A DNA stretch of 64,000 nt from Octopus vulgaris (lineage: Eukaryota), in assembly GCA_951406725.2 (NCBI GenBank), contig OX597825.1, positions 56,792,001 to 56,856,000 on the forward strand, written 5' to 3'. The notes under the pieces are model-generated. The model was not told the origin of the DNA, made no database searches, and saw only the letters and a list, made by a program, of their open reading frames with translations. This document shows positions 41,730 to 56,111 of the stretch, one piece after another. How positions within the stretch are numbered: the stretch's first letter is position 1; the number at the start of each line of letters is the position of its first letter. The translations under genes and the position numbers were made by a program.

Positions 41730-42211
41730 ATATAATCTTACATATTTCTTGCTCTTGTTCTCCTCGCTGGTTCCAAACGCAAGAAACAAATTCCAGAATT
41801 TAACATTTACCGTTTTTGCGAATAACCAAAAAAAGAAAGAAAACAAATAAAATCAAACTATCTAGAAATGATTTTAAATGAAAAATGTTGGCTTTAAAAT
41901 GTAGAAATTATAGTTTTTCTGAGTTTTTTTTTATATGCATATATATCTCCCAGCATGCAATTCTTAATTTAAATTTCCAGTTATGATGCATATTTCACAT
42001 TTTCTGCTCTTCTTGTGCTTATTATGTGTCTGTGTGTATGTTTGTATATGTTTGTGAATGAAGGCATATAACACTATGTAAATATATGTGTGTGTGTTTG
42101 TGTGTGTGTGTTTGTGTTTGTGTCTGTGTGTGTTCGAAAAAATAGTTCATATTCCATGTACTCGTACTTCGTATTTTTTGTTGTACACGCTCATGATATC
42201 CTGTGCCCACA

Positions 42212-42284
<73 letters not shown>

Positions 42285-42287
42285 GTG

Positions 42288-42630
42288 AAGGTGCATGGCT
42301 CAGTGGTTAGAGCGTCGAGCTTACGAGTGTGAAGTTGTGATTTCGATTCTTGGACCGAGTTGCGCGTTGTGTTCTTGAGCAAGACACTTTATTTCACGTT
42401 GCTCCAGTTAACTCAGCTGCAGAAATGAGTTGCGACATCACTGGTGCCAAGCTGTATCGGCCTTTGCCTTTCCCTTGGATTACATCAGTGGTGTGGAGAG
42501 GGGACTCTGGTATGCAAGGGCGACTGCTGGCTTTCCACAAACAACCTACAACCTTGCCCGGACTTATGCCACGAAGGGTAACTTTCTAGGTGCAATCCCA
42601 TAGTCATTCGTGACCGAAGGCGGTCTCCTC
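42288..42630 (+). mobile_element. tRNA-derived SINE, family D
   Basis: tggctcagtggttagagcg A box, ttcgattc B box, ttgagcaagacacttt central domain. Confidence 0.75.
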
Positions 42631-42654
42631 TCCTCTATATACACATATATATAT

Positions 42655-42717
<63 letters not shown>

Positions 42718-42739
42718 ATATATATATATATATATATAT

Positions 42740-42846
<107 letters not shown>

Positions 42847-42921
42847 ATAGTTTAAAGAAAACAGAGAATACACATAGAATATTCACTTTTTATTAATTGC
42901 ATATTCATATTAAGAACTTTT

Positions 42922-43015
42922 TGCCTACGTGACGTTTCAGTCATTTGTTAGTGTCCATATTTGCACTTTAAAGTGCGTTATGCTGTAATAAATAAACAAT
43001 GGCCTCTACTGGGCA
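42922..43015 (-). ncRNA. Decayed type I hammerhead with a long stem II
   Basis: tgcc CAGTAGA ggccattgttt...aacaaatgact GAAAC gtcac GUA ggca. Confidence 0.45.
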
Positions 43016-44562
43016 TTTTTTCCGAAGTGAAAAGTACTAACGAACCACAAGCATTAGTACATAAGCACACGAACGATAACCAGAACAATCAATCGATTAT
43101 AGCACAAAACTGGCGCCCACTCGGATGACGTATTCTCACAAAAAAATTGGGGGGAAGAAATTGTGTGAAAAATGGCATGTCTGTGTGTGTGTGTGTGTTC
43201 ACTCATAAGAATATGCCATGGTTGTTCCTAGTGCATTTGGATGTAAACCCAAAACAGTTATTCAGAGTAACAATCTAATAATTATTCCCCTGAAGAACTG
43301 TTGTGGGTTTACATCCGAATCGGTTGCTCTCTGACAGGATTAGCGTTGAGTCTGTAGCTGTAGAAACCTCCGGCCTTCTCGGCCCCCGGGCTATATACCT
43401 GCTCATCGCTAACTGGGTGGCGATGGGTACCCGCAAGCGCGAACCCAGTAAGTCTGAGTGGCTATTTTAGCGCATCTCCCTCGCTATACTCTGGGACAAA
43501 GAAGGTTACTTGTTCCATTTTGTCTGCTGAGATCATGAGGCAGTTTGAACTACAGGAAAATGTACGTTCCTTTACTCCATTTAAATTGCAGTTTATGTTT
43601 AAGACACTATATACCGAAGAAATGTGTGTATGAACACCCACTGCAGCGAATTCAAATAGCCTCAATGGCGAAACATGTGTAAGGAACAAATGGTATAAAT
43701 TACATGTTGTGTTTATCGTATATTTTGCTATATTTGCTCTGTTAGTTTTAACTAGTAATACTACTAAGTACAGAAGTAAGAACACCACTTTACTGGTAGT
43801 AGTCTGGATAACGATACTTTATATGGAGTTCTAAATACACCACCATCAATCATACGTCTAGCTATTCACAGTGGAACTACTAAGTGTGAGTGTGTGTACG
43901 TGTCTGTGTGTGAGAGTGTTAAAGATTTCCTGCTATTTGGAATAGGACGGCTTAAGTTAATCAAATGTAAATCCAAATTCCGTTCAAGTATTACGCTTTA
44001 TATATATCCTCCGATTTTCTGTTGCTATCATACACATCACAATAATTTACAGAGTGTATATCCCACATTAGAATAAAATAGGAGAGTTAATTTAAGTTTT
44101 TAATGTAGCAACATCAAGCGACGGTGCCCCAGCATGGCTACAGACCATGAGCTGAAACCGGTTCAATTCAATTCATTTCATATAAGTTTGCTTATTCCTA
44201 ATCACTGCTTCGCACTGATACAGCTGATTTATCTCGACCGAGCGGCTCTATAGCGCAAAGCAATCAACATTTTTGATTGCGTTTTAGTTAAAGCTACGGC
44301 TTTAAATTTACCCAGAGTTACCTGTCTTCGGTATTTCCCATTAAGGAAGACTAAAGAGCAAGAAACGCTGCGTCTAGGAATTCGATAGAGGGCGACACTA
44401 GGCAGATAAGGTGTTTTTATACCTTTGATCATAAGAAAGAGATTTTTCTCCTCGGTAACTGTTGTGAATTTGGCTTTAGAAGTTGAAATATGTCACAAAC
44501 ATATTTTAATTAACCTAAAGTTAGTTTACTCCAGAGCAATGCCTGCCGCTGATACTGCTGAA

Positions 44563-44652
<90 letters not shown>

Positions 44653-44774
44653 AGAGAGAGAGAGAGAGAAACAGAGTTAATCCAAACAAGAAAGCACAAA
44701 AAAAACACAACAACGCGAGGACGTGGAACAAATATGGTATTATTGGACGCTCAGGAAAGAAGGAAAGAAGGAGG

Positions 44775-44809
44775 GCTTAACGTTTCGAGCGGAGCTCTTC
44801 GTCGGAAAC
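44775..44809 (-). ncRNA. Minimal type I hammerhead (element about 44670-44882)
   Basis: gttt CCGACGA a gagc tcc gctc GAAAC GUU aagc. Confidence 0.65.
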
Positions 44810-44880
44810 ATAGAAGGAAAGATCCAGAGAAGGGAAAACAGAGGAAAAAATCGCCAACGGTACACACGCGGTCACATTTT

Positions 44881-45030
<150 letters not shown>

Positions 45031-45051
45031 TAGATAGATAGATAGATAGAT

Positions 45052-45137
<86 letters not shown>

Positions 45138-45558
45138 TATATATGTATGTATGCATCATTTTAATACACATCCGAAAGACCTGCTAATAGTTTCATGCTT
45201 TTATGATACTTTAACAAGGCATATTTATGAAAAACACCATGTATCTTAACGCAATCTTTCAGACTATGTTTATACGTTATATTTATTGTTAAATATAACT
45301 GGACAGTGAAAAAATAAGAAAAATCGCGAAAAGAAAGCGTGGAAAAATCGCGTAGAAGGTTGATGCAAAAAAGGCAACGAAATCAAGAAAACTAAGATCC
45401 CCGTTCTCCCTAATTACAATTAATGCAGCTGGTATAGAAAAAAATATCAGAAAATATGTCCAAGTCTGCGAGACAACTCAAGCCGGAGCGGATGATGTCT
45501 ACCAATTCTATAAACGAAACCTGTCCATGATTGGATGGATGGGTAAATAGGCAGCCAA

Positions 45559-45664
<106 letters not shown>

Positions 45665-45814
45665 CAGTTTCAGAATTTATTACAATGTAGGTATATCAAC
45701 ATGTAAGGTGCCAGGATTTACTGGGTACTGAGTACTGCGCCTACAGTACTCATAATCGTCCTTCGCTGGTAGTGTACTGTAACTATATATATATATATAT
45801 ATACACACACACGC

Positions 45815-46472
45815 AGAGTATGGTTGGCAAATTGTCACCATTTATATTTTTAATTTTGCGCATGCGTATTGTTTGTTTTTGATTTTGTCGACTACAAAGT
45901 ATAGTAGGGTCAGTTGAGCACCATTTGTGAGAAAAACAACACCATGACGCAATTTACTGTACTAGAAATTTCGAAACAACATGCTGTACTGCTTGACATT
46001 TGCGCCGGAAGCTTCAATACGAACATTTCAGAGCGCATGGATGTGAATCTGAGGAAAGTGCAATCTGATGACATGCACTGAGACTGATAAAATTCAAACA
46101 TCCAGTCAACATCATGGTGTTTGGAGTGATCACTAGTGTTGGCAACGTTATGCCTCCATTCATCTTCCCACACGGCCTTAGATTCAACACGGAGGCCTAC
46201 ATCAAGTGCCCGAAAGAAGTAGTCCTGCCCTGGGGAGGGTGGCTGCTGGGAGACCCTATGTGTGGCAACAGGACTCTGCAACATACCACACAAGCAGGAG
46301 AACCCAATCATAGCTGTCAGAAAATTTATACGACTATATCACCCCTAACATCTGACTACCTAACTCCCCAGACTGTAACCACCTTCATTATTGGGTGGGG
46401 CACAGTTGAGCGAGAAAACAAAACTCCTTGTAACACCAAGAGCAAGGATTATAGCAGCATTCCCCAACTTAA
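45815..46472 (+). mobile_element. DD37D Tc1/mariner relic, same family as the 2890 copy
   Basis: MVFGVITSVGNVMPPFIFPHGLRFNTEAYIKC..; WQQDSA in a shifted frame. Confidence 0.85.
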
Positions 46473-46474
46473 AT

Positions 46475-46535
46475 AGATCCAGAGAAGGGAAGACAGAGGA
46501 AAAAATCGCCAACGGTACACACGCGGTCACATTTT

Positions 46536-46606
<71 letters not shown>

Positions 46607-46637
46607 TATATATATACATATATATATCATATATATA

Positions 46638-46688
<51 letters not shown>

Positions 46689-47309
46689 ATTGATTGATTC
46701 TAGTTTCAGCTTATGAGCTGTATGCTGGGGACCGATTTGATAGTTGCTACTTCAGATAGCTTTTTAGATAGATAGCCATTTGGTGCATGAGAGAGATAGA
46801 TGATAGCTGCCCTCATCTGCACCTCCTGCCGTGATAGATGGTTCATAGATAGTATATATATGTATGCATACATTTTAATACACATCCGAAAGACCTGCTA
46901 TATATATATATGTATATATATATATACTTTATACAAGGCATATATATATATATATATACATATGTATATATATATATAATCTATATCATATATATGTTTA
47001 TATTATATTTATTGTTATAATATAACTGGACAGTATAATAATATATAAATATTATATATATAGCGATATATATATGGAAAAATCGCGTAGAAGGTTGATG
47101 CAAAAAAGGCAACGAAATCATATAAAACTATAATCCCCGATTGATTGATTGATTGATTACAGTTTGCAGCTGGTATAGAAAAAAATATCAGAAAATATGT
47201 CCAAGTGCTGCGAGACACTCGCCATTTGCGTGATGTCTACCAATTCTATAAACGAAACCTGTCCATGATTGGATGGATATATATATATACCAAATAGATA
47301 GATAGATAT

Positions 47310-47368
<59 letters not shown>

Positions 47369-47391
47369 TGTATAGATGTAGATATATATAT

Positions 47392-47437
<46 letters not shown>

Positions 47438-47539
47438 CAGTTTCAGAATATATATTACAATGTAGGTATATCAACATGTATGCCAGGATTTATATACATT
47501 ATACTGCGCCTATATATATATCGTCCTTCGCTGGTAGTG

Positions 47540-47578
<39 letters not shown>

Positions 47579-48380
47579 GGTTGGCAAATTGTCACCATTT
47601 ATATTTTTAATTTATATATGCGTATTGTATATATATATATGCATTTGTCGATACAAAGTATATAGGGTCAGTTGAGCACCATTTGTGAGAAAAACAACAC
47701 CATGACGCATATTTACTGTACTATAAATTTCGAAACAATATATATACTGTACATTTGCGCCGGATAGCTTCATATACGATACATATATAGCGTATATGTG
47801 ATATATATATAGTGCAATATATATATACACTATATGTATATACATATATACATCCAGTATACATATATATATATGGAGTGATATATATGGCATTATGTAT
47901 TCATATATATACGTATATATTCATACGGAGGCCTACATCATATATATATATAGTAGTGCTGCCCTATATATATGTGTGGCAACAGGACTCTGCAACATAT
48001 ATACAAGCAGGAGAACCCAATCATAGCTGTCATATATATATACGATGTATATATATATATACCTAACAGACTGTATATACCTATATATGGGTGGGGCACA
48101 GTATGTATATATAACAAAACTGTAACACCAAGAGCAAGGATATATAGCAGCATTCCCCATACTTAAATATATAGACCGTATATATATATATGATTATATA
48201 TATACCATATTGTATACATATATATATATTGAATGATATATTACTCATTAGTATTTCAATATATATTTTATGCAATTTTGGTAAATATATCTGTTGGAAT
48301 GAGATATCAGTTTATTCATGCACCTTATATATATATGATTGTGGTTTACATATATATATATATCTATATATATATATGAT
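46475..48380. other. Garbled duplicate of 44821-46472 mixed with TA/GATA runs; probable assembly or consensus artefact
   Basis: Colinear fragments of 45.1-46.5 kb and of 48.38-48.55 kb interleaved with tatata. Confidence 0.8.
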
Positions 48381-48802
48381 TGATTCCAGTTTCAGCTTAT
48401 GAGCTGTGGCCATGCTGGGGCACCGCCATTCGGCGTTGCTACTTGGTTTCACTTCACGAAAGCTTTCTAGCAACTGCCATTTGGTGCATGAGAGAGTTCG
48501 ATGCAGCTGCCCTCATCTGCCCCTCCTGCCGTGAAGTTGGTTCATCTGGGACACCTGACAGGAAGAGATCCAGCTTCATTTTAAAGACATCTGCATCCAC
48601 CCCATGCAGGTCTCTCAGGTTCTTCGGGAGGATATTGAAGAGCTGTGGGCCTCGGAAGCCCAGGCTATCACAGAATCTTGTCCTACATCTTGATGGCAAG
48701 TTTGGAGTCCTAGGCACCACGCAGTGACGCCCAGTTCTGGCATTTGCGTAACTCTCGATGCCAAAGTTCAGGACACGTCCCTCCAGGATCTTCCAGATGT
48801 AT
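48378..48802 (-). mobile_element. 3' end of a CR1/L2-type LINE (ORF2 C-terminus and 3' UTR)
   Basis: IYIWKILEG..FRGPQLFNILPKNLR..VFKMKLDLFLSGVPDEP..AASNSL; tail ggcggtgccccagcatggccacagc..ctgaaac. Confidence 0.75.
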
Positions 48803-48901
48803 ATATATAAAGGGAAAGTTTACGAAAATAAACAAAAGACGAAGGCTGGTGGTGTACAAACAAACAAATGTATTAGTATAGCGCTCAGGAATAGAAAAAG
48901 T

Positions 48902-48937
48902 CTTTTACGTTTCGAGCCTACGCTCTTCTACAGAAAG
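48902..48937 (-). ncRNA. Minimal type I hammerhead-like motif, CUGUAGA core (element about 48810-48992)
   Basis: cttt CTGTAGA a gagc gtag gctc GAAAC GUA aaag; perfect stems I and II. Confidence 0.62.
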
Positions 48938-49031
48938 GGACACAGAAAAAAAACAAGGAGAGAAAAAAAATGTGTGTAGTAGCTAACGATCTACACACAC
49001 ACATATATATATATATATACATATATATGCT

Positions 49032-49084
<53 letters not shown>

Positions 49085-49239
49085 GTATGTGTGTGTGTGT
49101 GTGTGTGTGTGTACAGACCGATAGAAATATAGATGGATATTCAATCGAACATAAACTGTGGATCCAACCCAAGGAGGGTTTCAAGTTTAACGTAGTTCCA
49201 CTATGGTTGTTGGTGAACTGCTCACCTTCTGTTTCCACC

Positions 49240-49456
49240 TTACTTTTACTCTTTTACTTGTTTCAGTCATTTGACTGTGTGGCCATGTTGGAGCACCGTC
49301 TTTAGTTGAGCAAATCGACCCCAAGACTTATTCTTTGTAAGCCTAGTACTTATTCTATCGGTCTCTTTTGCCGAACCGTTAAGTTACGGGGACATAAACA
49401 CACCAGCATCGGTTGTCAAGCGATGTTGGGGGACAAACACAGACACACAAACATAT

Positions 49457-49529
<73 letters not shown>

Positions 49530-49594
49530 GACGGGCTTGTTTCAGTTTCCGTCTACCAAATCCACTCACAAGGCTTTGGTCGACCCGAAGCTAT
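49240..49594 (-). mobile_element. SINE family A, head missing
   Basis: Reverse complement of the family A body and tail. Confidence 0.82.
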
Positions 49595-49605
49595 TTATAA
49601 ATTGA

Positions 49606-49688
49606 AAATTTGCCTGACGATGGCAGGTTTTCGCCATGATATAATAACGCATCAACTAAAATCCTTCCGAAACAACAGTTGTGAATTT
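49606..49688 (+). ncRNA. Type I hammerhead ribozyme with a canonical core
   Basis: aaatttgc CTGACGA t ggcaggtttt...aaaatccttcc GAAAC aaca GUU gtgaattt; 8-bp stem I with two G-U pairs. Confidence 0.72.
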
Positions 49689-49701
49689 TGGATTCCGATT
49701 G

Positions 49702-49754
<53 letters not shown>

Positions 49755-49784
49755 GTGAATCTATGTACATGTATGTATATATAT

Positions 49785-49851
<67 letters not shown>

Positions 49852-50061
49852 TATATGTTTGTGTGATTACCTTCACGTACGCAAATATGTATAAAATATA
49901 TGCACATATATCCCTATCTCTGTTTGTCAGTACAATACATACTCATGTTCATATACAAACACGCATATTTACAAATTCATATGTGTGTATGTGTGTGTCT
50001 GTGTGTGAGTGTATGTGTGAGTATGTGTGTGCATAATGTGTATATGTAAGTATGTGTATAC

Positions 50062-50098
<37 letters not shown>

Positions 50099-50490
50099 CA
50101 CACGCACACGCACTCACATACATATATATTTGCTAACATGTATATGTATTAAACTGACAAATAGACGTAGACATTATATGTGCATATACTTTTACGCATA
50201 TGTGTGTCTTTCTCTGTGAGTAAATATTTGCTGCATATCTTTATTGTTTTGTAATGAAGCCAAGCTCTTCATCTTCATTGTTTTGTCTGTGGAAATATGT
50301 GTTAATATTTATAAGAATTTGTAAGCACCGCCGTAGCGGCGTGTGTGTCTGTGTGCGTTTGCATACATATTTATTTATTTATTTATTTATTTATTTATGG
50401 ATACATATAAAAATAAGCATATGCGTTTATATTCATACGTCTACATATGTTTGTGTACGAGTTTATGAATCCATACATATATATATATAT

Positions 50491-50543
<53 letters not shown>

Positions 50544-50566
50544 TATATATATATATATATGTATAT

Positions 50567-50645
<79 letters not shown>

Positions 50646-50656
50646 CATACATACAT

Positions 50657-50699
<43 letters not shown>

Positions 50700-50905
50700 T
50701 ATTATGCATCAATGTATAAATGAATATGTATATAGGTATGTGTATGTATGTATGTATGTATGTATGTATGTATGTATGTATGTATGTATGTATGTATGTA
50801 TGTGTGTATGTATGTATACATATATCCGTACATATAATATCAGCATACACGTATAAACATTTATCTGCATACTTGCAAGTGCCGGCATATGAGAGTATAT
50901 GTATT

Positions 50906-50949
<44 letters not shown>

Positions 50950-51147
50950 TGTACAACCATATAAAAAATTTAATTTTTTTCGTCGACAATATGGATTCTA
51001 GGAAAAAATGTATTTGCAAATTTTTTTGTTAATTCAAGCTTTTTGTTTTTACTAATATTTTCTTTGGTTTTATTTACGTTTATAGTATATTTGCTTTTCC
51101 TAATCCTTTTTGATATTATTATTATTGTTGTTGTTGTTGTTGTTGAT

Positions 51148-51257
<110 letters not shown>

Positions 51258-51629
51258 CGTCGCCATCGTCGTCATCATCATTATCATCATCATCGTTTTT
51301 ATTGTTATCATTTTCTTTCTGAAGTAATGATTAGAATTGCAGTCTATTTAAATTTTGGCTTCTCTACTTGATGGAAACTCACAATGGACGATATTGCTGA
51401 TGATGATGGTGATAATAATGGTGGTGGTGGTGGTGGTGGTGGTGGTGGTGGTGGGGGTGGAGGTAGCAGTAGTCGTAGTTTTCTAATGGCCACAAAACGT
51501 CCATAACTTTAGGAACAGTACAAACGGAAAATACAAAATAATACTATAAACAATCAATAGTGAGTGTGGCCTGATTTACATGGAACAGAAGGCAGAAGAC
51601 AACAGCTATAGAAATATAGATAATCGTTT

Positions 51630-52941
51630 CTACTATAGGCACAAGACCTGAAATTTTGGTGGAGGCGGTAGTCGATTATATAAACCCCAGCTGTTTATTT
51701 TGTCTGTTTCTCCTCAAGCCATGCCTGGCTCATAGGGCCGGTTTCCCGGTTTCCTTGGTGTATAGGCTCCACACCTGAACGGGACGCCGGTCCGTCGCAG
51801 GTGAGCTGCAAGATGCAGGAGGAAAGAGTGAAAGAAAGTTGTGGCGAAAGGATCAGCAGAAGTTCGCTGTTACCTTCTACCGGAGCCGCGTGGAACTTAG
51901 GTATTTCGCTCATAAACACACACATCGCCCGGTCTGAGATTCGAAACCGCGATCCCTCGACTGTGAGTTCGCTGCTCTAACCACTAGGCCATGTGTCTCC
52001 TCATAAACCCCAGCACTTGACTTATACTTATTTCATGGAATCCGAAAAGATAAAAGGCAAAACTGACTTATAAATAATAATGATTTCAGAGTTTGGCACA
52101 AGGCCAGAGGATAGGGTAAGTCGATTACATCGACCCCAGTGTTCAACCGGTACTTATTTTATCGACCCCGAAATGATGAAAAGTAAAGTCGGCCTCAACA
52201 GAATTTGAACTCAGAGAGTACAACAGACGTAATTCTAGTAAGCATTTTGCCTAGCGTGCTAATGATTCTGCCAGCTCGCCGCCTCCTGATAATCCTTTCT
52301 ACTAAAGACACAAACCCTGAAATTGGTGGTGGGGTCTAGTCGATTACATCGACTCCAGTGCTTCTCTGGGACTTAATTTATCGACCCCGAAAGGATGAAA
52401 GGCAAAGACGACCTCGGCGGAATTTGAACTGAGAGCGTAAAGATGGACGAAATACCGCTGAGCATTTCACTCATGTGCTAACTATCTTGACAGCTCGCCG
52501 CTTTATTTTGACCTATAATTAATAATGAATAAATGATAAATATATATTCTATTCTACTCTAGGCACAAGGCCCGAAATTTTGGGGGGAGGGGGCCAGTTG
52601 ATTAGATCGACCCAAGTGCGTAACTGGTACTTATTTATCGACCCCGAAATGATGAAAGGCAAAGTCGACCTCAGCAGAATTTGAACTCAGAACGTAAAGA
52701 CAGACGAAATACTATTTCTTTACTACCCATAAGAGGCTAAACACAGAGAGGACAAACAAGAACAGACAAACGGATTAAGTCGATTATATCGACCCCAGTG
52801 TGTAACTGGTACTTATTTAATCGACTCCGAAAGGATGAAAAGCAAAGTCGACCTCAGCGGAATTTGAACTTCGTAAAGACAGACGAAATACCGCTATGCA
52901 TTTCGCCCGGCGTGCTAACGTTTTTATCGGCTCGTCGCCTT
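51630..52941 (-). mobile_element. Head-to-tail cluster of about five Nin-domain SINEs (family B) with a nested family C SINE at 51695-52003
   Basis: Repeated atcgaccccgaaaggatgaaaggcaaagtcgacctcggcggaatttgaactc. Confidence 0.82.
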
Positions 52942-52974
52942 AAATGATAAATATATATTATAATATACAGTATT

Positions 52975-53837
52975 AACAATGCAGCACAGCGAAGTAAAAC
53001 AAGACAGAATTCCTAAAATGGTGGAGACATTTACATATCGCGATTCTGAGTACCCCATTTTCAAAATACCTAGCAGAATACTTTGATGCGCAAAAAGAAA
53101 CACCTTCGCTTTGATCGAGACACGTGTGATTCGAACAAGAAACTTTCAGAGTGAGAGAATCTGGAAGTGAACACTTAAATTTACAACTAATGTAGGATAA
53201 AATTTTTTTCGAAAAGAAAATTTTATCAATGGCCAGCATATCAAAAAATACCTTTAAAGGTTAAATTTATAAATAACTTATAAAATAAGGGCAAGAGAAA
53301 AATTCTAATGCCAAATATGCCGAAAAAAAGACAAAATTGTCAATGACCATTATAATTTATGCGTCTCGAAACAAGCCGATAGAAATTTCTAAAAAATCCG
53401 TTATTACCGTATTACCGTATTGTGAAAGTTTCTAGTTCGAATCACACGTGTCTCGAGATGTGCCGAAGATTTTCTATTTTGGATATATTTGGGGTACTTA
53501 GGTCTGCTCAGGACTTAGTGCTTGATTTTTCCATGAGTATGAGTAAGTGTTTCATTTATGTCTTACGTATTTATCGCTGAAGAGGAGAAAATTCTAATGA
53601 ATTAACCCCGAAATTGGGACCAATGCGGTAATAACGGATTTTTTAGAAATTTCTATCGGCTTGTTTCGAGACGCATAAATTATAATGGTTATTGACAATT
53701 TTGTCTTTTTTTCGGCATATTTGGCATTAGAATTTTCTTTTGCCCTTATTTTATAAGTTATTTATAAATTTAACCTTTAAAGGTATTTTTTGATATGCTG
53801 GCCATTGATAAAAAAATTTTATCCTACATTAGTTGTA
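52975..53837 (+). mobile_element. Non-autonomous HHR-bearing element with a long inverted arm
   Basis: About 53182-53422 is the reverse complement of 53621-53836; 53115-53148 is the reverse complement of 53423-53456. Confidence 0.82.
53572..53630 (+). ncRNA. Type I hammerhead ribozyme, cleavage site mutated (AUG)
   Basis: tatcg CTGAAGA ggagaaaattc taat gaattaacccc GAAA ttg ggac caa UG cggta. Confidence 0.7.
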
Positions 53838-53925
53838 TATATATATATAAATATATATATTGGATTTGAGGATTAGCTAGTTGCAAGTTACGTAAAAGAC
53901 ATTGCTTAGCTATGAAACATATGTA

Positions 53926-53974
<49 letters not shown>

Positions 53975-54164
53975 ATAAGAGAATATATCTTGTAAGTGAA
54001 TACATCTTATATGAATATATAAACTACGGTTTGCCCTAAAATTACCAACTACTGTTAACCCTACAGCAACGCCTATACATAGTTAGGTAATGCGCCACTA
54101 GTGCCTACGGATACATTTATCCCTTAGACTGTCCCATAACTTCGAACTCATAATTTATATATAA

Positions 54165-54253
<89 letters not shown>

Positions 54254-55269
54254 AATTATTTTAAAACAAGAATGTTGTTGAAGTCGCTGTCAACAACATA
54301 CTTGTTTATGAATAATAAATTTGTACTCTACAAAAGTACACACTAACCCATCAGATTAATGTAAAATTGTTCTTATTATGATTGAGCATAAAAACAAACA
54401 TTAATATACAGGGGAGTGGTCGAAAATTAGAGAAAATTGTTTCCTCCACTTTTATTAATTTTATTAAACCTAACAATTCATCAGCCCGTTTCTTAATCTT
54501 CGCAGCCCCTTTCCGGTTGGACCTATTTCGCCTGATTGTGTCTGCCCTCTGTCCAAAGAGAGATATTGCTTTGATTCGTTTTCGGGTAACTAATCTGATC
54601 ACAAAGGCAGCTACGCTAGAAATAATTCCGTACAAAAGTATAAAAGCATATGTACAAAGATTTTGCCATTCAATCGATAAAATGTTGTTATTAGGAAAAT
54701 TTGGGATGCGTTTATCATCACAATCCAGACCCTGTATGAAATATTGCTTTTCTCTTCAATGATCAATCATGTTGGCTTTCTTTTTCACAGACACGGTAAT
54801 AGCAACAAACTTGATTACTTGGAACAAATACATAATCGAAACAAAGTCATGGTGTGACAGAGACGTCACTGATTTTGCCAAGCTTTAAATTATTCAGCAT
54901 GGCAGTCATTTGTAAGAGTTAAAAGTGTTTTAACACTGTTTCAAGTGACCAGCTGAGATCAAACGAACGGACCAACTGGTACGTGATACTTTGGATAAAC
55001 AGTAAGCACAAGACGCGATGGATACCACTGATGGTAAAACGTCATTGACGTAACGTTTTTACAGGTTCTACAGTGATTCAAATTTAGTTTTAATCAGTTT
55101 AAATAAAATATGAAATGGTAGAGCGTGTATTTTTTTTAGTTTGCGTTACACACAGTAAATCGGATGACATGTTCATGGAACAAAGGACTTTTATATCTTG
55201 TTCAGATAATCAGAAATTCGATTCGCAGTTTGACTATATGTGAGTGTGCGTGTGTGTGTGTGTATTCAC

Positions 55270-55338
<69 letters not shown>

Positions 55339-55642
55339 CATCTGTATGTATGTATATACACACACACTGTGAAACTGCCAACATTATTTAATCGATCGTA
55401 CGACCTTGTTGCACACAGGGTGACCTTCATTCAGCTTCTCGTCCACATTCACATTAAATTGATGAACACGTGATTCAATTGATTGAAAAACTGAACATTC
55501 ATCATCTCCACCGAGGGAGATCCCTCCATATATGTATACATGTATGTATGTATGTATACATGTATGTATGTATGTATACATGTATGTATGTATGTATGTA
55601 TACATGTATGTATGTATGTATGTATGTATGTATGTATGTATG

Positions 55643-55676
<34 letters not shown>

Positions 55677-56111
55677 TGTATGTATGTATGTATGTATGTA
55701 TGTATGTATGTATGTATGTATGTATGTATGTATGTATGTATGTTTGTATGTATGTAGCTCACACTTCATACCAGCTCCCTATTTCTTATATGTCTATGGT
55801 TTTATCATACTGTTACTCTCTCAGCCCTACTTTTTATGGATTTCCTCCTATCGTCTCTGCCATATTTATCTTCCTTACATTCCCCAAACCTGAGATTTAC
55901 CCTTGTTCTTCCATGCTCACCATTCACTACATTCTCATCTGTACCGTCTATCATATTCCTTTCACACATTTGCGAACCTATTCACACAGCCAAACTCGAT
56001 TCTTGATCCCTATTCTTTATCCACCCAGTTTTTATTTTTAGGATACGTCTTGACACCTCTTCTCCACCATCCTTTCTGGGGTAGTCATGTACTTCCTCTA
56101 CATCGTGACAA

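Noticed and set aside
51630-52941. CRISPR-like repeat array
   Set aside because: Units are SINE copies of about 200 bp with no unique spacers; eukaryotic context and no cas genes
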